Source of the DNA: an uncultured Gammaproteobacteria bacterium
Lineage (GTDB): Bacteria > Patescibacteriota > Microgenomatia > UBA10105 > UBA927
DNA length: 53,527 bases
Assembly (NCBI GenBank): GCA_964527425.1
Contig: CAZGOA010000007.1
Coordinates: 1-53,527 of the forward strand
Direction of reading: 5' to 3'
Shown: one piece after another, positions 46,379-53,527 of the stretch
How positions within the stretch are numbered: position 1 is the stretch's first letter
Layout of the letters: each line of letters opens with the position of its first letter
Made by a program: the position numbers and the translations under genes
Notes under the pieces: generated by a model
Databases searched by the model: none
The model's input: the letters and a program-made list of their open reading frames with translations, nothing else
Told to the model about the DNA's origin: nothing

Positions 46379-48001
46379 ATGGATTCAACACACTATACTA
46401 AAGTATCCTCATACGAGGCAAAAGCAGGTGAAGTAAAAAAAGTAGTTTTACTATTTTCAGGGGGACTTGATACCTCATGTATGTTAACGTGGATTAAAGA
46501 AGAATTTAATGCGGAAGTAATTGCATTAACTCTGGATTTGGGACAGCAGGATGATAGTCTCGAAGCTATTAAGAAAAAAGCGCTTGCGTTAGGAGCAAAA
46601 AAAGCCTACGTTATCGATGTAAAAGATGAATTTGCAAATGATTATCTTACACACTTAATCAAAGCAAATGGTTCGTACCAGGGCGATTATCATATATCAA
46701 CAATAAGCAGATATTTAATGGCAAAATGGTCAGTCATTATTGCCTATAAAGAAAAAGCTGATGCGATTGCTCACGGATGCACAGGGAAAGGAAATGATCA
46801 GGTACGTATCGATGCAGCGGCCTTAGCACTTGATCCTAATATCAAAATAATTGCCCCCGTTAGAGAATGGGATATGAGTAGAGATGAGGAAATTGAATAT
46901 GCAAAAAAAAGGGGAATAGAAACACCAGCAAAAAAAGACTTCCCTTATTCAAGTGATGACAATATGTGGGGTATTACGTGGGAAGGTGGAGAGATAGAAG
47001 ATCCAAAAGAAATACCGCAAAGTGAACGATTCCTTACTGCTACAACACTCTTAGAAAAAACTCCTGATGTTCCTGAAAATATTACCCTAAGCTTTCGGAA
47101 AGGTATACCGTATGCAATAAATGGAACTTCAATGAAGTTATCTGAGCTGATTATGAAACTCAATACTATTGCAGGTGCCCATGGCGTTGGAGTTGTTCAT
47201 CACGTAGAAGACAGAGTCATAGGTTTAAAAAGCAGAGGTGTATATGAGCATCCAGCAGGTCATACAATCATTCAGGCTCACAAAGCATTGGAAAAATATG
47301 TATCATCCCGGCTTGAGAATGAACTCAAAGAAATGATGGATATTAAATGGGCTTACTTATGTTATGGAGCTCAATGGATGGATCCAGTACTCAGTGATAT
47401 TCATGCTTTTAATGATAAAATAAATGAAAAAGTATCAGGCGAAGTAACAGTAAAACTTTTTAAAGGTCATGCAACTGTTGTCGCACTTAATTCACCGTTT
47501 GGGCTTCATCATGCTTCATTTAATAGAACTGGAGGAGCAGCCTTTAATACACAAACATCAGCACCATTTATCGAAGTGTACAGTATGCAGGCACGGCTTT
47601 CACAGCAACGAGCTGAAAAAACTGCACTAATTTCTATTGGTAAACCGGAAGACAAACAAGAGCTCGTTTCGTCTATAAAAAAACTGGCACAACTACAGTA
47701 TCAATTATTTGCAACCGAAAAAACTCACAGATTTCTGATGGAAGAACATATTCCCTCTCTCCTTGTTCATAAAATCAGCTCTTCAAAACAACCGAACATC
47801 GGAACTATCTTTACCAATCGAGGATTTGATTTAATTATTAATATTCCACTCAGTGATAAAGGGAAAAAAGAAGAGACCGATGGAAATATAATACGGAAAT
47901 ATGCAGTTGAATCTAATACTCCACTGGCAACTGAAGTTGATGTAGCAAAGCAGATGATTGATAAATTGTATAAAGTCAAATTTGGAAATATGGAACAGTA
48001 A
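46379..48001 (+). CDS. argG: Argininosuccinate synthase fused to a C-terminal MGS-like (CarB allosteric-type) domain
   Basis: LLFSGGLDTS, AHGCTGKGNDQVR, YSSDDNMWG, LKSRGVYEHP; tail TALISIG...LFATEKT...DLIINIP...DGNIIRKYAVE. Confidence 0.88.
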   Translation: MDSTHYTKVSSYEAKAGEVKKVVLLFSGGLDTSCMLTWIKEEFNAEVIALTLDLGQQDDSLEAIKKKALALGAKKAYVIDVKDEFANDYLTHLIKANGSYQGDYHISTISRYLMAKWSVIIAYKEKADAIAHGCTGKGNDQVRIDAAALALDPNIKIIAPVREWDMSRDEEIEYAKKRGIETPAKKDFPYSSDDNMWGITWEGGEIEDPKEIPQSERFLTATTLLEKTPDVPENITLSFRKGIPYAINGTSMKLSELIMKLNTIAGAHGVGVVHHVEDRVIGLKSRGVYEHPAGHTIIQAHKALEKYVSSRLENELKEMMDIKWAYLCYGAQWMDPVLSDIHAFNDKINEKVSGEVTVKLFKGHATVVALNSPFGLHHASFNRTGGAAFNTQTSAPFIEVYSMQARLSQQRAEKTALISIGKPEDKQELVSSIKKLAQLQYQLFATEKTHRFLMEEHIPSLLVHKISSSKQPNIGTIFTNRGFDLIINIPLSDKGKKEETDGNIIRKYAVESNTPLATEVDVAKQMIDKLYKVKFGNMEQ

Positions 48002-48003
48002 TC

Positions 48004-48993
48004 ATGAAAAGTAAAAAAAATACACTTGAATATTATCACGTAAAACAGTTACTACTCGAAAAAATTAAAAAACAAGGTGGATGGGTGAATTGTCATTCAC
48101 ACATTGATAGAGCGTTTACTATTTCAAAAGATAATTTTCATTTATTTTACCGTCCAAGACCAGAAAAATGGAAGTTAAATGCAGAATTGAGAAGACATTC
48201 GACAACAGATCAAATCTATGATCGAATGGCAAAAGCAATTGAATACATGTTACATCAGGGTGTTCACGCAATAGGTTCTTTTATAGATGTTGATTATGAC
48301 ATTAAAGATAAAGGTATAAAAGCAGCCACAAAAATCCGGGAAAAATATAAAAACGACATTACGATTAAATATTTAAATCAATCAAGTTATGGAATACTTA
48401 ATAAAGAAGCAAGAGAGTGGTTTGAAGTTGGAGCTGATTTTGCAGACATAATTGGTGGATTATTAAAAGCTGATCAGGGAAAAGAAGAAGAACATTTAGA
48501 TATTTTACTAGAAGCAGCCTACAAACGAAAGAAAATGGTGCATATTCATGTAGATGAACAAAATATTACAGAAGAAAAAGAAACAGCAATATTAATTAAA
48601 AAAACTATTGAACACAACATGCAGAATAAGGTTGTTGGTATTCATGGAATCTCAATTAATACTCATCCCAAACACTATAGAGAAACACTTTATAGTGATA
48701 TAAAAAAGGCAGGAATAATGTTTATCTCGTGTCCAATGTCTTGGCTCAATGAACGAAGAAGTGAAGAATTAACACCAACGCATAATCCTATAACTCCTGT
48801 TGATGAGATGCTTCCATTTGATATTACAGTTGGTATTGGTACAGATAACATTGCAGATATTTGGATGCCGTTTAATGATGCAGACATGTGGAATGATTTG
48901 AGAGTACTTATAGAGGCAGCACGAATTTATGATATTGAAACGCTTGTTAATATTTCTACAGTGAATGGAAGAAAAATATTAGGTTTATCTTAA
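48004..48993 (+). CDS. Cytosine-deaminase-like metal-dependent amidohydrolase
   Basis: NCHSHIDRA, HIHVDE, GIHG, GTDNIAD.WMPF. Confidence 0.8.
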   Translation: MKSKKNTLEYYHVKQLLLEKIKKQGGWVNCHSHIDRAFTISKDNFHLFYRPRPEKWKLNAELRRHSTTDQIYDRMAKAIEYMLHQGVHAIGSFIDVDYDIKDKGIKAATKIREKYKNDITIKYLNQSSYGILNKEAREWFEVGADFADIIGGLLKADQGKEEEHLDILLEAAYKRKKMVHIHVDEQNITEEKETAILIKKTIEHNMQNKVVGIHGISINTHPKHYRETLYSDIKKAGIMFISCPMSWLNERRSEELTPTHNPITPVDEMLPFDITVGIGTDNIADIWMPFNDADMWNDLRVLIEAARIYDIETLVNISTVNGRKILGLS

Positions 48994-50052
48994 ATGAACT
49001 TATACGATATTTCTAAGCCGTTTGACTATAACACTAGGTTAGGGCCATTTTGGAAAGGTAAGATACCTCAAGTTCCTGTATGTAATAAGCCGTTTTCTTT
49101 TTTAGGACAGACAGTAAATTCATTATTTGGAGCATCTGCATTTCCATTAACTCATGGATGTAACGGAGTACGACTACTTTCTCAATTAGGATACGACATT
49201 ATTACGTATCGATCTGTCAGAAGTAAGCAGTGGTTAGGACAACCCTATCCACACTGGAGATATGTTGATATTACTAAACAATTAAGTGTTGAGGATCTAA
49301 ATAATCCCGTAAGAGGGGATGATAAACCGTTTTCGTTACAAGATGTCTCAACAGCAAATAGTTTTGGCATTCAGTCAGCTAAACCTGAGAATTGGCAACG
49401 CGATGTAGAGAAAGCAAAACATACCTTACAAAAAGGTCAGATACTAATTCTTTCTATCATGTTTACTCCCGAAGAAGGAAAGAATGTTATTAAAGATGCT
49501 GCTGAAGTTGCTCGGTACGCCAAGGAAACGTCAGTAATAGCGTTTGAGATTAATTTAGCGCATCCCAACTCTGGTATGAAATCACTCGTTTACGAAGATA
49601 TTGAAACAAGTGTAGCAATTTGTAAATCTATAAAAAAAATAATTACTGATAGACCATTAATTGCAAAAGTAGGATATTACAAAAACCAACAACTTCTGAC
49701 AGAATTTCTTAAACAAACGAATGGATTGATAGAAGGTATCTCGTCAACCAACACTTACGCTATGACGATCATTGATGCACAAGGGAAAGAACTATTCCCA
49801 AATCGACCAAAAGCAGGAGTTTCAGGGAACGCCATACGAACACTGTCCAAGCATCAAGCTAAAACGATAATAGATCAGAAAAAAGCATTAAGGCTTGACC
49901 ATTTAGCAGTAATTGGTATCGGAGGGGTTATCAAGCCAGAACATATACAACAGTATATTGATCTGGGTGTTGACGCTGTACAGGCAGCAACTGGTATTTG
50001 GGCAGATCCATTATTGGCAATTAAATACAAACGTACGTTATCTCTTAATTGA
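48994..50052 (+). CDS. Dihydroorotate dehydrogenase-like FMN protein with an altered active-site loop
   Basis: NSFG, EINLAHPN (vs consensus ExNxSCPN), STNT, IGIGGV, VQAATG. Confidence 0.75.
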   Translation: MNLYDISKPFDYNTRLGPFWKGKIPQVPVCNKPFSFLGQTVNSLFGASAFPLTHGCNGVRLLSQLGYDIITYRSVRSKQWLGQPYPHWRYVDITKQLSVEDLNNPVRGDDKPFSLQDVSTANSFGIQSAKPENWQRDVEKAKHTLQKGQILILSIMFTPEEGKNVIKDAAEVARYAKETSVIAFEINLAHPNSGMKSLVYEDIETSVAICKSIKKIITDRPLIAKVGYYKNQQLLTEFLKQTNGLIEGISSTNTYAMTIIDAQGKELFPNRPKAGVSGNAIRTLSKHQAKTIIDQKKALRLDHLAVIGIGGVIKPEHIQQYIDLGVDAVQAATGIWADPLLAIKYKRTLSLN

Positions 50053-50871
50053 AAGTGTTTTGATAGTAGAACGAATAGCATCTGTAGTCCACAATGGGAA
50101 GGAAACTACAGAAAATGGAGTTTCATTAACTCCTTCCATTTCTAATAGATCATCTTGTGAATAAGAAAAAGCACCAACTGTAACTCTAGACAATGCCCCT
50201 TTAATTCTTTGTTGTGCAATAGGATCATTCGTTTCATTCAGTAATGTTTTTGCCGCTTGTGCAAGACTTTGGATACTATCATCCAATAGAAACACACGTG
50301 TGTTTGTTGATGCTTCCTCAAGTGAAAACTGTCGGATTATTTTTGTTAACTTATCTTTTGAATCCGTACAAACAACAACTGTACCCTCTCTAAATCCATT
50401 CTTTTCAAGCCATTGGGAAGTTACAGCTCCTGCTTTTGGTCTTCTTGCGGTGAAATATCCACCAAATGTTCCATGGTATTTCTCAAAAAGTGAACTAAGA
50501 AGTGATACCCCGGAAACAGCTCCAGCCATCGGTGGGTAGTTAAGATGAATGTCTTCACTTTCAAGAATTATACTGCGTGCTTGTTCAAAAAGCATGTTAT
50601 CTGTTTGTTGTGTATCTTGATCTTGTTTACGTCTATTTGCAATTTGAGGGACATCAAACGTCTGTCGGTGATAACCAGAGATTCTGATTTCTTCTTCAGG
50701 AATATCCAATTTGAGTAATTCATTATATGTACGTACCTGATCTACCATTATCTCTGCCAGCACTTGATCTACATCAAATACAACTACTACATTTGTTAAA
50801 TCTGGATTTTCTTGAGCTAATATAAGCTCTAGAAAACGTTGTCGAGAAATTCCAGTTTCTTCAATTGCCAT
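50038..50871 (-). CDS. HAD-superfamily nucleotidase-like phosphatase
   Basis: VVFDVDQVL, YFTARR, FLLDDS. Confidence 0.6.
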   Translation of the reverse strand: MAIEETGISRQRFLELILAQENPDLTNVVVVFDVDQVLAEIMVDQVRTYNELLKLDIPEEEIRISGYHRQTFDVPQIANRRKQDQDTQQTDNMLFEQARSIILESEDIHLNYPPMAGAVSGVSLLSSLFEKYHGTFGGYFTARRPKAGAVTSQWLEKNGFREGTVVVCTDSKDKLTKIIRQFSLEEASTNTRVFLLDDSIQSLAQAAKTLLNETNDPIAQQRIKGALSRVTVGAFSYSQDDLLEMEGVNETPFSVVSFPLWTTDAIRSTIKTLSIKR

Positions 50872-50877
50872 ATGGGC

Positions 50878-51684
50878 TTATAGTATCACTTTCGAGCTGA
50901 TATTACCATCTTTCCCGATGATAGCTGCTGCAGCGTATTTTCCTTCTTCGATTGCTCTTTCAATATTTTTATCTTGATCATATGACAGTGAAAAATGTAA
51001 CGCAAAATTATCTCCAGCTCCTGTAACATCCACTACCGATGAAACATTTGGTGCTTTAAAAAAGAGCGATGCCTCTGAATGTCTCAATATTTCACCGCCA
51101 TGTTTTCCTTTCGTTATTATAACCGCTTGAATTTCTTTACTCATTGGCTGTGTTTCCTTAATAATTGCCCATTCTTCTTCATTAGAAAATAATAATTTTG
51201 CTTTATCAAATAATGGTATATACAAATACTCAGGATGTTTAATTATTTGAGGACCGGGAATATAGATTATATTTCTGTTGTGTATGAGAGGATAGATTTT
51301 TTGTAGTAGTGAAAGAGGGGAATTTACAATAAATATAAGATCAAAAGATTGTATATATGCTTTAGGAGGATTAATTTTGGGAAAATAGGGAAGTGATCCA
51401 TTATCTTTCCAAATTCTTTGGGTGCTTAGGTGTTCAATATCGATTGGAATATGGCATGTGGGTATAGATGATGCATGCAAAAAACTATACAGGAATTGCA
51501 CTGAATTTTTTTTAAGTATTTGTTTATACCAACGTCCGTTTTTATCGTCTGACAATACTGTTAACAGATGTGATTCTATTCCTAACGTAGAAGCATTTAG
51601 AGAAAGTGCTCCGGCTGCTCCTCCAGGATACTGTTTACCTTTAATATAATCTACTGTAGCAAAACCTACAAAAAGACATTTCAT
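50878..51684 (-). CDS. PfkB-family kinase
   Basis: YPGGAAG, SNEEEW, ITKGKHG, DVTGAGDNF. Confidence 0.85.
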   Translation of the reverse strand: MKCLFVGFATVDYIKGKQYPGGAAGALSLNASTLGIESHLLTVLSDDKNGRWYKQILKKNSVQFLYSFLHASSIPTCHIPIDIEHLSTQRIWKDNGSLPYFPKINPPKAYIQSFDLIFIVNSPLSLLQKIYPLIHNRNIIYIPGPQIIKHPEYLYIPLFDKAKLLFSNEEEWAIIKETQPMSKEIQAVIITKGKHGGEILRHSEASLFFKAPNVSSVVDVTGAGDNFALHFSLSYDQDKNIERAIEEGKYAAAAIIGKDGNISSKVIL

Positions 51685-51753
51685 GCTCCGTATTGTAGCA
51701 TGGATGTTGTGCCTCTTTTACAAAAAAAATCCCTGAGTTAAGATAGTGGGTGA

Positions 51754-52389
51754 ATGAAGAATAATATTATCGAGATGTTGAAATCGGTGGGTGCAATTAT
51801 TACAGATAGTCACGTTGTGTACACATCAGGAAAACATGGAAGTGTGTATATCAATAAAGATGCATTATATCCTCATACCGCTCTATCTTCTCAGGTAGGT
51901 CAGATGTTTGCAGAACTAAATAAACAATTAGATATCGATGTGGTTGTCGCTCCAGCATTAGGTGGCATTATTTTGTCTCAATGGACAGCATATCATTTAT
52001 CAGCAATAAAAAAGAAAGAAATACTTGGTGTTTATACTGAAAAGGATGCTGATAAAAATCAGATTTTTACCAGAGGATATGATTCGTACATAAAAGGGAA
52101 AAAAATATTAGTTATTGAGGATTTAACGACAACAGGAGGGTCTGTTCTGAACGTTGTTACACGTGTGCGTGATACTGGTGGAACAGTGGTTGGAGTCTCA
52201 GTTATGGTAAACAGAAATCCTGATCAAGTAAATGAATCACTTTTTAATGCACCGTTTTCAGCTTTAGGATTAGTAAGGGCAGAAGCATTTGATGAAGTCA
52301 ATTGTCCGTTGTGTAAAAAATCCATTCCTGTCAATACAACTGTTGGTCATGGTAAAAAATATCTCGAATCTAAACGTAGTACTAATTGA
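51754..52389 (+). CDS. pyrE: Orotate phosphoribosyltransferase
   Basis: SHVVYTSGKHGSVYINKD, LVIEDLTTTGGS, C-terminal CPLC. Confidence 0.85.
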   Translation: MKNNIIEMLKSVGAIITDSHVVYTSGKHGSVYINKDALYPHTALSSQVGQMFAELNKQLDIDVVVAPALGGIILSQWTAYHLSAIKKKEILGVYTEKDADKNQIFTRGYDSYIKGKKILVIEDLTTTGGSVLNVVTRVRDTGGTVVGVSVMVNRNPDQVNESLFNAPFSALGLVRAEAFDEVNCPLCKKSIPVNTTVGHGKKYLESKRSTN

Positions 52390-52587
52390 CTTAACAGTAT
52401 CAATATAGTACTATTTTTTTGTTATGATGCTTCATTGCACCACCACTAAACAGATTACTCCCAACTCCTTGGGGAGATGTGTGGTGGCTTTCACCTAAAA
52501 ACCACGACATACCTTCCCAAGAAAAGAGGGAAGGTACAACTAACAACAATATAGTGTGTGTTAGAGAAAGGTATAAAGGTGAGAGAT

Positions 52588-52920
52588 ATGACACAACGTC
52601 TTCCTCTCAATGTTTCACATTACGACGATAGAACGATCGTCACATTTTTAACTCATAAAGGAGGGAATACATTAGAAACAATGTTTAAATACCTTGTTGA
52701 AGAATTTCCCTTAGCTCCTGCTGTTGAGTTATTAAAAGTAGTAGATCCAGATATTGAACACTTTTTGTCTGATAATCCTACCGTTTTAGAAGAACAGGAA
52801 TCTAAAGACGCTGTATTAGTTTCAAAAAAAATGAATGCTGATGTCTGGAATAGAATTGATGAGTTTCGAAAATCCTACAAGCGTTGGCGAAAGGAAGTAT
52901 CAACAAGTCGATATGTATAA
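52588..52920 (+). CDS. Hypothetical protein
   Basis: Open frame with SD-like AAGGTGA upstream. Confidence 0.55.
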   Translation: MTQRLPLNVSHYDDRTIVTFLTHKGGNTLETMFKYLVEEFPLAPAVELLKVVDPDIEHFLSDNPTVLEEQESKDAVLVSKKMNADVWNRIDEFRKSYKRWRKEVSTSRYV

Positions 52921-52933
52921 TAATAGTATTCAA

Positions 52934-52999
52934 ATGATTAGCAACAACGCTACTGCTATCTGCACTACCACTACCACACTCGCGCGGGGGTTTTTGTGA
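52934..52999 (+). CDS. Thr-rich leader peptide MISNNATAICTTTTTLARGFL
   Basis: Six Thr codons, five consecutive (ACT ACC ACT ACC ACA), directly upstream of a terminator and thrS. Confidence 0.8.
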   Translation: MISNNATAICTTTTTLARGFL

Positions 53000-53023
53000 T
53001 GAACTACATCAGATAAAACAAAG

Positions 53024-53048
53024 AACCTCCCGAAAAGGAGGTTTTTTT
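53024..53048 (+). terminator. Attenuator terminator of the thrS leader
   Basis: AACCTCC-cgaaaa-GGAGGTT followed by further Ts. Confidence 0.8.
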
Positions 53049-53089
53049 ATGGTATGTTTGCAGATGAAAAGCTATAATAAGGAGAATTT

Positions 53090-53527
53090 ATGAATAAACA
53101 ATCGCCAGAATATCTTAACAATTTACGTCATTCGTGTGCTCATTTACTTGCTGCGGCAGTGATGAAGCTCTGGCCGGATACGAAACGCACTATTGGTCCG
53201 GCTATAGAAAATGGATTTTATTTTGATTTTGAGTTTAGCAAGCCTGTGTCTGAGGAAGATTTTCCTAAAATTGAGGAGACCATGAGACAATTAGTAAAAG
53301 AATGGAAGTCATTTGAAAAACACGAATTATCTCGTGAGGAAGCACTAAAAGAATATCCTAACAATCCGTATAAAGAAGAACTCATTAATGAATTTACAGA
53401 GAATGGCAAACTCCCTGTAAGTTTTTATAAATCTGGAGAATATTGGGATCTGTGCAAAGGTGGACATGTACAGTATCCAAGCTCTGAAGTTAAGCATTTT
53501 AAACTACTCAGTGTTGCTGGAGCATAT
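53090..53527 (+). CDS. thrS: Threonine--tRNA ligase, 5' part (runs off the window)
   Basis: LRHSCAHLLAAAV...TIGPAIENGFYFDF...DLCKGGHV; SD AAGGAG. Confidence 0.95.
   Translation, partial: MNKQSPEYLNNLRHSCAHLLAAAVMKLWPDTKRTIGPAIENGFYFDFEFSKPVSEEDFPKIEETMRQLVKEWKSFEKHELSREEALKEYPNNPYKEELINEFTENGKLPVSFYKSGEYWDLCKGGHVQYPSSEVKHFKLLSVAGAY

Noticed and set aside
52400-52594. 64-aa minus-strand ORF
   Set aside because: No SD or recognisable motif; overlaps the start of the plus-strand gene and a structured region.

Overview
AT-rich bacterial chromosome segment, most likely from a Patescibacteria/CPR (Microgenomates-like) genome. This is inferred from CPR-typical hypothetical families, a PPIase-less trigger factor, an archaeal-type ProRS and very tight gene packing. 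The backbone is housekeeping: rpsB-tsf-frr-rseP-proS, HIT-rpsU-yqeY-ybeY-dnaX-ybaB, ychF, prs, recR, cysS, tig, pyrE and the 5' part of thrS. There are four tRNAs: Lys-CTT, Arg-TCG, Leu-TAG and Val-CAC. No rRNA or CRISPR array was seen. The left end is the tail of a serine-recombinase element running into tRNA-Lys, with a free-standing HNH gene whose stop codon lies inside tRNA-Arg. Main candidates for undescribed biology: (1) four paralogous secreted Asn/Gly/Thr-rich repeat proteins plus a sortase at 37.3-42.8 kb, resembling a surface beta-solenoid or amyloid-like fibre system with attenuator-like leaders; (2) a textbook Thr-rich leader-peptide attenuator in front of thrS; (3) an ArgG-MGS fusion in an operon with a cytosine-deaminase-like enzyme and a DHODH homologue whose catalytic Cys is replaced by His; (4) several unexplained structured non-coding motifs. 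All family assignments come from motif recognition by eye; no database searches were run.
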